A stretch of 64,000 nt of DNA from Octopus vulgaris. Its lineage: Eukaryota. The stretch's first letter is position 1. Each line of letters begins with the position of its first letter. The stretch is taken from positions 64,046,001 to 64,110,000 of the forward strand of contig OX597817.1 in the NCBI GenBank assembly GCA_951406725.2, written 5' to 3'. A program made the position numbers and the translations under genes. Below are positions 1 through 10,682 of this stretch, piece by piece. The notes under the pieces are model-generated. The model was given only the letters and a program-made list of their open reading frames with translations. It was not told where the DNA came from and made no database searches.

Positions 1-779
1 GAATTTCATTAAAGGTAGACATATCAGTGGAATACTCAGCCACTTACCTGCTAATTCAATGAGCAGATAGTTCAGTTGATAGAACAACTGAATATTCATC
101 AACAAAATCAACAAAGAAGTGTACACTTAGTTATCATGAATTAAACACCACCAAATGAATAAAAAATTTCAAATATTTGTTTCAAACTAAATACAGATGA
201 ATATAGCAAGTACAGAAGATTTTAAAGTATAAACAGACTCTACTGCCTACACCCAAGAATTTATCACTGACATTAATATTATAAACGATAATAATAGCAA
301 TCAAGCCAAGAAGGGAACCTCTGCATGGGCACCCAACTTGCTGGAAATAACAGTCAAATTCCCACTAAACCACAACCCACCATCTTAAAAAAGGAAGTAT
401 ATATTGGATAATGTAGTTCTAGATATCCTGTGTCTGTTAAAATACAGGATACCCACTGCTGGAAAATCTTTGGTCATAGGTCTAGTGGATTATGGCTGAC
501 TTGAGCAGTCCCATCAACAACAACAAAATCCTACAGAGAAAAGAAAAAGCAAGATGACCAAGTGGATAGGATATTAAATAGCAATTCAAAAGATTGTGAG
601 TTCAAATCCACTGAAGTGTCTCATAATGTTTTATTCATTCAACATTAGATCATATGGGACTACTACCTTCAATAGACCAGCATCTAGGCGAAACTTTGTT
701 ATTTGTTCAGCATCATGACACCAGAACTATGCATAGTGATGCTTAAAATCTGCTGGAATTCAAGAGGTTGTTTACACAT

Positions 780-1195
780 CTACATCTTTTATCTTTCTTT
801 TATATTTTGCTTGTTTTAATCACTGGACAGTATGTCCAGTGATTAAAAATCCTTTGAGGTGGTACCCCTTCACAAAGGATTTAGTTGAACAAATCAATCC
901 CAGTAATTATTATTTTGTTTTTCTCAAACTTGGTACTCCTTCTACTGGTCCTTTTTGTTGAAGCACTAAGTAACAGGAACATAAACAAATCAACAGTGGT
1001 TAACACACACACACACACACACACACATACGATGGGCTTCCACACAGCTTTCATCTACCAAATTCATTCACAAGGCATTGGTTGACCCAAGGCTATAATA
1101 GTGCAAAATACTTGTCCAAGATGCTATGCAGTGGAATTGAACCCAAAACTACATGGTTGCAAAGCAAAATTCTTAAACACACAGTCATGCCTGTA
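780..1195 (-). mobile_element. tRNA-derived SINE, family A (CORE-like, internal (CA)n/(TA)n). Representative copy; others at about 9495-9790, 11530-11950, 27460-27615, 30480-30700, 48545-48955, 50590-51000, 52630-52780, 61810-62110
   Basis: Recurrent sequence with A/B-box-like head (GGCTGTGTGGTAAG..GGTTCAATCC), a CACCTTGGGCAAGTGTCTTCT core and a GACTGAAACAAGTAAAAG tail. Confidence 0.75.
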
Positions 1196-1248
1196 CAAGG
1201 CCACTACAAAAGAAAATAGTAATTCAAAGACAACAGATTCAAACATAC

Positions 1249-1376
1249 CTGCAACATATTCTCTTCGGCGCTGTTAAAAAGGAAGATTATACTATGCCGC
1301 AAAGGTGTGCTCCTCTGGGACAAAGAACGTAAGACCTCAAGCATCACAGCACAACTAGAAGCATCATCACCAGCAC
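1249..1376 (-). CDS. ERMP1: ER metallopeptidase 1 (M28 family) homologue, second coding exon (128 bp)
   Basis: Translates (G)[42 protein letters not shown], with the M28 GAxDD and AEE zinc/catalytic motifs. Acceptor is ..ATAG|GT (AG at 1378-1377) and donor is CAG|GTATGT at 1248. The phase-1 start completes the Gly codon begun in the 38103 exon. Confidence 0.95.
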
Positions 1377-4325
1377 CTATAAGACATTGCAAAACAAATC
1401 AACACTGCTAATATCTAAATTACAAAAATTTAAGCAGGGATACAATGCGAGTTTGCCAGAGAGATTATGATTTTTTAGACTGTCAGCTTTATCTCTAGAG
1501 ATTAAACATTTTTTAAATTTTAATCTAAGCTACATTTCAATCGGTTTTATTCCTGCTTATGTACATAGCACTAGAACAGGATCCATACTAGGAACTTTCA
1601 AGTGAGTTTCTGAGTTTCTAAAATGAGTACCCAACTGGATTTAAACTACGCACATTTATATATTTTTAAATTTGGAAATTAGTATTTTAGATCTAACCTA
1701 ACATAGTATCATGTAAACGTCCAGGAATAAGATATACAACAGCAATTGGAGATTGAAGCACAGTATCATCATCAACACTGTCACAACATTTTTTAATGTC
1801 CGTCTTCCATGCTGGGACAAGTTGGATAGTTTGACAGGATCTGATGGGTCACAGGACTGTATCATGCTCCAATGTCGTGTATTTCCTTATGACAACCACT
1901 GGGTCCCTTTTTCTTTTGTGGCACTAGTGTAATGGATCACCATGTAGCTCGCAAGACCAAGACCCCCTTCAACTGAAAGGGACTATAGTAGAGAAGGTGG
2001 CAGCTTTAGGCTAAGTAATGAGAATTTAAAGTATAAAAGGAGCTGGAACAGGTTTCTTGTGGTAGGGGCAATGCATAGTAACTCACAACATACAAGTGTG
2101 GATAGAAACAATTGGAGTGAAGATGGAAAGAGAGATAAAGAAGTGGTGATGTGATGTCAGGGTGGCCCTAAAGACAGAAGAAAAGGGTGGATGGGTAGCA
2201 ACTGCATGAGTGTTAATGTCAATATTAATTTCTAGCATTGATGCAAGGTCTCAAATGTTTAGGATGAATATAATCAATTAAATCAACACCCAATACTTGA
2301 TAGGTACTTTATTTTATTTACTCTAAAAAGAAAAAAAGGCTAAGTTAACCTCAGTAGGATTTGAACTCAAATAAATAGTCCCAACTAAATACCACAAGAC
2401 TTTGTGTTTAACACTATAACTGATTCTGCCAACTTATGTTAATATTGAAAAATATTTGTTTGAAACGATAAGTTTAGCAGTTACAAACCTTATAATCCTA
2501 CTAAAAACAACATACTATAGTCATTGAGAACATCAACACACACACACAAACACACACGCACATACACACCATTTGTGCTGCCATTGTTTACCTCGAAGTT
2601 AGCGTTGATGGTGAAAACCTATAAATAAAGACATTTCAGTTATGACTATATCATCTTTTGTTTAACCAGCTAGAAATGTAGGACTATAAAATAAAAAGTA
2701 CCCTTCCTTTTTTTTTTTTAAGACACTAGGTTGATTTGGCTACATTTCTAGCAGGTACAACAACCACATCAAGGCAACTTCACGGACTTGATTCACCATT
2801 AGCTTTAATTAACAGTTAGATAATAATCAGTAGAATTTCACCAAAATCAACAATTGTCATGCTTTTCACCCACTTTCAGGTTGGTTGTTATTGCTGTTGT
2901 TTGCTATTTAGTCCAAGGTCAATCTTGAATGACCAAACCTTATGATAAAAAATATTCCAGCTTTAGAGTGGGAGGAGGGTATCTAAGACTACATTATCCA
3001 ATGTGTTCTTTTTTGAAGCCTTGAAGCCATGAAGTGTGATTTGATGGAATTTAATTCTTATTTCCAACATGCCAAAGTTTGGTGACAGTTAAAGGTGATC
3101 CAAAAGCTTCCTTTTTATTACAACAACAATGGACAGTTTATGATATTTTGTATCATCACAGCAAAATTTATTTAAAGAACTGTTTTTAGTTCCAACATGT
3201 CATAAAAATTTGATTCTCTCTTGTGATGTATTTCTTCCTGTTAAATGAACTATTGGTTTTTAAAAATAAAAAGATACATTGGATATGGTTCCAAATGAAT
3301 TGTCAGAAAAAGGACTGGAATGATGGTGACAGAAATGTCTTTGATCATGCATGTTTACTCAAGCAAAGCTAGCCTGGAGTTAATCAGCAAAGCAAAACAA
3401 AAACAAACAATCTTAAATATCTCCAGGCTTCTCCTTATTGTAATTGGGGATCTTGTAGGCAAAAAAAAAATAGAATCTTTGGCAAGAATATAAAGAAAAA
3501 AAACACTGCAAGTGAGAGGTGTCAATCATCTTAACTACTCATTAGTCTTTCAATAAAGTTGCTGGACTATTGGCCACATGATCATTACTTCAAACTTTGC
3601 TTCAACCAATGTATTGCAATATAAGGCATGGCCCTATAACTCTACTTTTCTCAATCTACATGGCTGACAAAAACAGCCTCTCCCTCCTACTTCAAAGTTA
3701 ACAGTTCCACAAACACCTAGCTACAAAACCACAGTAAAATGCTTCCTTGAATCCACTGCTATTACCAACTGCTATCACAGTAAATACATGTAAGTGCATG
3801 CTCACCTTAGATACAAACAGCTGTCTGTCAAAATATAACATGGAAAGTGCTGAACACAGAACCACAAGCTAGGGACAAGCAAATTAGTTAACAGTGACAT
3901 TCAACTAGGATGCATGACAGACTTATTCCACTTAATGAATCATTTGAGTTTCTCATCTGCCAATGTAGATCAGTGCTAGTTTTCTCTGGTTCTATGGTTT
4001 CATTTATTTTATTTAGTTGGGAGGACAAGGTTAGTGTGAAATGAGCAGCAAAGATACAATAGAAACACAAAATTGATAGCCTTTCAGTCACAGGTTTACT
4101 AGCCAAGTGACTAAAACAGCTGTACTCCAACATCATGCAAATAACCAAATTATTTTTAACCTAAATTTATAAAGGAAATCCACCCCATTTAGATAGGTAT
4201 CGAAAATTAGTGTAATCAATATATATAAAAAGTAATTAAGTGAAATTAAAAAAGCCTTTAAAAGAAATTTAACAACGAATCAACCTACACTTAATAAAAC
4301 AGAGACAACACCTTGTTGAATATAT

Positions 4326-4540
4326 TGGTTTCAAATTTTGGCACAAGGCCAGCAAGTTCAGGGGAGGGGTAAGTCAATTATAGCAACCCTGGCACTCAAA
4401 TGGTACTTATTTTACCAACCCCAAAAGGAGGAAAGGCAAAGTCAACCTTGGTGGAATTTGAACTCAGAACGTAAAGACAGACGAAATGCTACGAAATATT
4501 TTGCCCAGTATGCCAACAATTCTGCCAGCTTGTCACCTTC
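4326..4540 (-). mobile_element. tRNA-derived SINE, family B (Meta-domain-like). Representative copy; others at about 2240-2440, 11040-11225, 18580-19085, 20175-20395, 26678-26895, 28565-28850, 37900-38035, 54720-54955, 62855-63055
   Basis: Recurrent GAGCTGGCAGAAT..CTGAGTTCAAATTC (B box)..GACTTTGCCTTTCATCCTTT..GATAAAATAAGTACCAGT..GGCCTTGTGCCAAAATTTGAAACC. Confidence 0.75.
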
Positions 4541-4677
4541 ATATGTTAAATATATCTATATATATAAAACTGTAGTTGTGTGTGTGTCTGTCCCCTTCGA
4601 TTTAGATTCCTAACTACTCCCACATTTTGCGGTGCAGTTTAACCAAATTCGGGTATCTTATAGTCGTGATTCATATC

Positions 4678-6017
4678 TAAAGTCTGTTGTTGCTCTCTTA
4701 CTGAATAAACAGTCTCCTATTGACGCAGAGTCACCCTTGATTTCTTCCCTGGAGACGTCCAAACCGAAGGGAACAAAATCGAGGCGGCCAAAGAAGGCGA
4801 AGGAACCGGCGGTCGTTTCTGCACATGATCGTTCCCGTGCGGATTCTTCCTCATCTGCCTTTTCGGTCCCGGAGGTTCCCCAACCTAATTTGAGGAGCGT
4901 AGACTCAAACCCACCTGAAGACCGTTGTTCTCCCCAAAAGAAGAAACGTCGTCAAAACTCCAGTGGGGCGGATTTAGCTATGAAACCTGACCACGATAAA
5001 CGGTCTCCTGTTGACGCAGAGTCACCCTTGATTTCTTCTCTGGAGACGTCCAAACCGAAGGGAACAAAATCGAAGCGGCCAAAGAAGGCGAAGGAACCGG
5101 CGGTCGTTCCTGCACATGATCGTTCCTGTGCGGATTCTTCCTCATCTGCCTTTTCGGTCCCGGAGGTTCCCCAACCTAATTTGAGGAGCGTAGACTCAAA
5201 CCCACCTGAAGACCGTTGTTCTCCCCAAAAGAAGAAACGTAGTCAAAACTCCAAGGGGGCAGATTTGGCTATGAAACCTGATCACGATAAAATCTGTTTG
5301 GATTCTCCTTCACTTGTCCTTCCCATTAATGCCATTGCTCAACCAATTCTGAACGATCTCGATGTGGGTTCATCTGGGGAGTGGTGCTCCCCCAAACCGA
5401 AGAAGAGGCAGTGCAGTTCCAAACCAGGCGGGAAAATTATGACCACTAAATCCATTCCGATCGACCCCACAGGCCGACATAAGTCCGATGGCTATGAAAC
5501 CACCCTTTCGAAATCCTCCAATGAAGAATCGAATACCGCAGCTCATAGTAGAGAACTTTTTGCCCACTCAAGATCGGCAATAATATATGGCAAAGCTGAA
5601 TCCACCTGTGATACAGGCATAAACCGCCTAAAAGATGACATTAATTTTGTTTCCATTTTGGTTGGAAAATTGTTCTCTGTGAACGAAAATGTCAGTGTTC
5701 TTAAGGTCGCTCGGCTAGGAAGATTCCAAGCGAACCCAACCGCAGATACTAGACCACGCCCAATAAGGGTAATCTTTTCTTCTGATCGGGAGGCTTCAGT
5801 CTTTATGAACAGAGCTCAGACGCATGCCTGGGAGGACCCCAATATGGGTTTTCGCGAGGAATACTCACTAAGAGAGAGAATTCGCCGGAGGAACCTGATA
5901 TCCGAGCTAAAGATGAGGAAACAAATGGGAGAGAAGGGTTTACGAATCCAAGATGGACAGATAATCAAGTCCTACCTCTGGTCCCATGCTGTAGTGCTGA
6001 CAGGGAAAGTGATGTGA
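4678..6017 (+). CDS. LINE ORF1 protein, N-terminally incomplete
   Basis: Open frame with a basic Ser/Pro/Lys-rich N-terminal part and a CR1/L2-type ORF1 C-terminal domain (IIYGKAES..ARLGR..RPRPIRVIF..ERIRRRNLISELKMRKQMGEKGLRIQDGQI). The ORF-track start at 4632 lies in Helitron sequence. Confidence 0.75.
4705..5291 (+). repeat. Two near-identical 291-bp (97-codon) tandem units inside ORF1
   Basis: Units start at 4705 and 4996. ATAAA recurs at 4705, 4996 and 5287. Protein repeat SP.DAESPLISSLETSKPKG..DLAMKPDHDK. Confidence 0.93.
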
Positions 6018-8870
6018 GGGCAAATCGAAGTGAAGTTGATACCCCCGTCAACGATGCTATCTCTGATGCCCTTTATTCTGCTTGTTCCCCAACTCCCACC
6101 CCTCAGACTTCACAGCTCAGCATCGTCTACACCAACTCGTGCTCCTTATTCCCAAAGTTCAGTGAACTATTTACACTGGCCCTACGCGACTCCCCTGATG
6201 TGATAGCTATCACCGAGACTTGGCTGACTCCAGCAGTAAAGGACTCAGAGATCCACCTGCAGGGCTACGTCCTTTTCAGATGTGACAGAGGAAAAAGGCG
6301 AAGTGGAGGTGTTGCTGTGTATGTTAAGTCTGAGCACAAACCGTCCTGCGGTATTCTACCCACAAATGCTCAACCTACAACCAAATTCGATGCCGTCTAT
6401 TGCAAGCTGAGCCTATCTGAGTTTTGCCCGCCCGTGTTGGCTGTCTACAGGCCGCCTCTAGCCGACCCCCAGGACGATGCTCATCTACTCGAAGCGATAA
6501 GATTCGTTTCAGCTTCGCATGACTGCTTGGTACTAGGCGACTTCAACGCTCCCACGATCGATTGGCCCGCATCAATTTGTACAACTTCTTGACGTGGCTG
6601 AAGATTGTTTTCTATCGCAACATGTTGAATATCCGACAAGGCATTGGTCTGGGCAGCAGCCATCTATGCTAGATCTGGTATTCTCCCGCTATCCAAGATC
6701 AGTGTCAGACGTATCTGTGTGCGCCCCTCTTGCCAAGAGTGATCATGTGGTCCTGAAGTTCGTCATGCACACAACTTTTTCCGCGCCCATGATTACTTCG
6801 CTGCCACGTAGAGTCTTCTCTGCAATTAATCTTGAAATTCTAACCGAGGCTTCCGCGCTTCTGGACTGGCGTTCCCTGATGACGTTGTCCTCAGTTGACG
6901 AACTATGGTCATCCCTCAAAGCATATGTAATCTGTTTGACTGACCAGGCAGTTCCCGTTGGACTTCCCAAGAGGAAGAAACACAAGCCCTGGGTGACGAA
7001 GAAGGTTAAACGAGAACGTCGACTCAGAGATATTGCTTGGGCTGAATTCAAAAATCTGGATTCGACTGCAGCTTTTGAGGTGTACAAAACTCAACGAGAC
7101 CGAGCCGTGAAAATTGAAAAGAAAGAACGTTTCAGTTATGAATACAAAATCGCGGCAAATGCCAGTAGCAATCCAAAAACCTTCTTTGCCCATGTCCAGC
7201 GGAATTCCCGCTTGAACAACCAGATTGCAACGTTGGTAGACTCAACAGGCGTATCGATTGAGGACCCTTATCAACAGAGTCAATTATTTGCCGAGGCTTT
7301 TTCAACTATTTTCAAACAAGATGATGGTCGTGAACCCCCTCCATTTGATAGATCGGTACCTCCAATGCTTCGAATGATCATCATGCGGGACCAAGTCAAA
7401 CGTGTTATTCAAGGCCTCGATGTCAACAAGGGTCACGGCCCTGACGGCATACACCCACAGGTTATCAAAGCGTTGGCTCCGGTCATCTGCGAGCCCTTAA
7501 CACGACTATTCAATATGTCATTGGCAACAGGTGTTATACCTGCAGACTGGAGAACAGCGATAATCTGCCCAATTTTCAAGAAAGGGAGCCGCGAAGACCC
7601 GCTTAACTACCGACCGGTTTCCCTTACATCAATAATCAGCAAGATGTTCGAAACCATCCTTAAGAAAAGTATGATGCTCCACCTCCTAAACACAGCCTCG
7701 ATCACTGATTCCCAACACGGCTTCGTGCCGAAGAGATCATGCTTGACCAACTTACTAGTAATGGAAGAATTGGTGACGCGCATCCTCGATGATAGTGATG
7801 CTGTTGACATCGTTTTATTGGACTTTGCCAAAGCTTTTGACTCGGTAAACCACCGCCTACTACTTGTCAAGCTTCAAGCATATAGTTTCCATCCGGATAT
7901 TGTACGATGGGTTGGTGCCTTCCTCTCAGATCGCTCCTTCCAAGTTCAAGTTAATGGTTCACGGTCCGACGTCTCCAGTGCGAGCAGTGGCGTGCCTCAA
8001 GGTTCAGTGCTTGGGCCCTTGTTGTTCTTAGTCTTCATAAATGACTTGCCCGACGACCTCACGCAACACACCCTTCTATTTGCCGACGATATCAAACTGG
8101 TCGCTCCTCGCGGTAGTATAGAGGATCTTCGTCGATGCCTCCACCAAATTTGGAAGTGGTCTAACGATTGGGACCTGTGTCTGAACGTGTCAAAGTGCTG
8201 TCATCTGCCTGTCGGCTCTACTCCTGCAACTCAACTTGATTTCGAGCCGGGTCGTCTGCTGCTGGAGAGGACCGATCAGGTAAAGGACCTGGGTATCTTG
8301 GTGGATTCCTCCTTTTCGCCTTCGGCCCAGTGCGTCCATGCTGCCAACAAAGCGCGCGGAATTCTGTTTTTGATTCGACAGTCATTCGGAATGCTCACAG
8401 CAGCCATATTCCTGCCACTCTATGTCACGCTGGTGAGACCCATATTGGAGTATGGGATTCAAGCCTCTTCTCCTTATCTCCTCAAAGACATACAGCACCT
8501 CGAAAGAGTCCAGAGGCTGGCTACCCGCATGGTTCATGGTCTCAAAAATTTGTCCTACGAAGAAAGGCTGAGGACGCTCGACCTTTATTCTCTTGAAAAA
8601 CGCCGCCGCCGTCGTGATCTCATTCTCGCCCACAACATCATAAGCGGGAAGTGTAACCTCTCGAAAGAGCTGTTCTTCACTCCTGCTCCGGAGCGTCGTC
8701 ATTCCGAAAAGCTCTACCTGCGACGATTTCATCTCAATCGAAGGAGAGGAGCTTTCTCCGTCCGGGTTGCGGATCTGTGGAACAAGCTGCCAGACGAGAT
8801 GGTGAAGATGCCGACGACCGCTTTGTTCAAAGCCTCCCTGGACCTCAAGTGGCCTGAACTCTTTACATGA
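6014..8870 (+). pseudogene. LINE ORF2 (APE endonuclease plus reverse transcriptase), frameshifted at ~6590
   Basis: EN motifs YTN, ITETWL, GGVAVYV, VYRPP, GDFN, LDLVF and SDH. RT motifs NYRPVSLTS, QHGF, DFAKAFD, GVPQGSVLGP and FADD. CR1-type C-terminus RPILEY..LERVQRLATR..SYEERL..WNKLP. The EN is split across two frames. Confidence 0.92.
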
Positions 8871-10193
8871 ACACCACCCTGTACTTAACTCCATGTCCCC
8901 CTACATGGCCTTGCTATTTGCTTTTGAGCCAAAATAACTAACTAACTAACTAACTATATCGAGCCCATCTGAGTATTAGCGCGCGTCTACGATGAGTCTA
9001 CGATTTTAAAAATAATTTAACATCATTTTTTATTCCATTTTAATGCATAATTTTTCGTGTGTCGATGGCGGTGGAGTTGGCGTCCATGGTCACACCTGCA
9101 CCTGTTTGCTTCTCCCCCTTCTTCCCTCGTGAAGCTGTGGGGAAGGGAGTGTAAGGAAATCAACGTCGTAAAGCGTTGTGAAGGAGACCAGCGTTCTTTT
9201 AGAACAACGACTTCATGGCTTGAAGACACCAAAACAGAAATGGCTAAGAAAGCCCGAATTGGCATCTATAACTCTCTAAAAATGCTTATATAGTTATTTC
9301 CCTTACAAACCCGACCAATGCCGGGTGATACTGCTAGTTAAAAAATAAAAATATTTTTCATAAAATTCATAATATAAGATTATGTAACTTGAACAGAAGC
9401 ATTCTACTGTTTAGTCAATACCTACACAAGGCACACAAATTCATCTTATTTACAAATTATGTTAATACTTCTTGAGGTGGTTTTTATCAATATATATCTT
9501 TTATCCTTTACTTGTTTCAGTCATTAGACTGTGGCCATGCTGGGGCACTGTCTATCAAATGAATTGACTCCAGTACTTATTCTAGTGGTCTCTTTTGCCA
9601 AACAACTGACAGGCATAAACAAACTGACACCAGTTGACATGTGATAGTGGGGGACAAATGCAAAGACACACACACACATACTATATACACAAATATGACA
9701 GGCTTCCACACAGTTTTCACTTGCCAAATTCGCTCACAAGGTACCTCGCAGTGGGACAGAACTCAAAACCACATGGCTACAAAGTGAACTTGATCACTAG
9801 TTTCTTCTACACATTTCCAATGCAAGCAAAGTGTAACCAATCCATTTTCCTTGTCATATGTAGAGAAACAGTTGTCCTATTATTAAGCAATATCCATTAT
9901 ATGCATGAAGTAGGTTAATAGGCAATTACATTGGCAATGTCAGGATTTCAACCAAAGTGTAGAGGGAAAGTCAATTATTAAAACAGATCCCCCATTACCC
10001 AGCTAATTTGTAAAAAAAACACAATAGTAAAATATGTTAGATAATAATTAAAATTACAGGGAGCTGCAGTGGGGAGAGGATTCATCTGAACTTGTTGAAC
10101 TTTTTCTTAGTTATAGGGGTGAGCTATGTTTGTTGTTATTTATTCCTAAGAGTGATTTGAGAGAGCAAACCTATGATTATAAACATACATGTA

Positions 10194-10241
<48 letters not shown>

Positions 10242-10469
10242 TATATCTATGTGCGGTACTGGCAACAAACCATTTGATTTGTAAACTACTAAAATAGATA
10301 AATCCAAAGCTAAAGCAAAGAATATATACAAAATTAAATATAACTAGTTATTTCTAGGCAAACAAATCTCTTTTCTACAAAAACAGTTTAATTAAATATT
10401 TGGCTGGAACTGTTTCTAATTTAGAACAAAATTCTACATTTTGGTTTATATATATATATATATGTATGA

Positions 10470-10682
10470 GTGAGTGTTGTAAAGTTCTTGGCTTTGGGTA
10501 AAAGGAAACACAGGAGGATGTGTTAATTGTGATTTTCTTCAAGATATTCTCCTCTCAGGTTCATACACTTATTGCAATGGTCCTTCAGTTTTTCTAAGGC
10601 CTGTAAAAGAACTTATGTTGGGCCTCCAACCAGGCCTTTCACAACACCCTTAAAGCCAGCATTTTTTCAGCAACACCTTGTA
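10470..10682. mobile_element. Tc1/mariner-type MITE (~210 bp); further copies at ~31535-31730 and ~54367-54580
   Basis: Three homologous copies with terminal inverted GGTGCTGAAAAGTTCCTGGCT-like ends, in TA-rich contexts. Confidence 0.7.

Larger units (their letters stand above)
4678..8955 (+). mobile_element. CR1-clade non-LTR retrotransposon, probably 5'-truncated within ORF1, antisense to ERMP1
   Basis: ORF1, APE endonuclease and RT are present, followed by a short 3'UTR with a CCATGT..ACATGG hairpin and a (TAAC)n tail. ATATC is duplicated at 4673-4677 and 8956-8960. Confidence 0.93.
4555..9337 (+). mobile_element. Non-autonomous Helitron (4555-4677 plus 8956-9337), split by a LINE insertion
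   Basis: 5' end TCTATATATATAAAA follows an A. 3' end CTAG is followed by T, with a subterminal GC-rich hairpin (CCCGACCAATGCCGGG). The two halves are contiguous in the second copy at 57727-58147. Confidence 0.88.

Noticed and set aside
4632-4677. GTG start of the 461-aa ORF
   Set aside because: It lies in Helitron sequence upstream of the LINE junction, so this is a chance in-frame extension.
8382-8894. 170-aa antisense ORF and other overlapping ORFs in the LINE
   Set aside because: Expected shadow frames of a GC-rich coding region, with no motifs.
9023-9293. Short ORFs repeated at 57771-58034, possibly a duplicated small gene
   Set aside because: Both are internal to copies of the non-autonomous Helitron and differ by indels. 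No recognisable protein.
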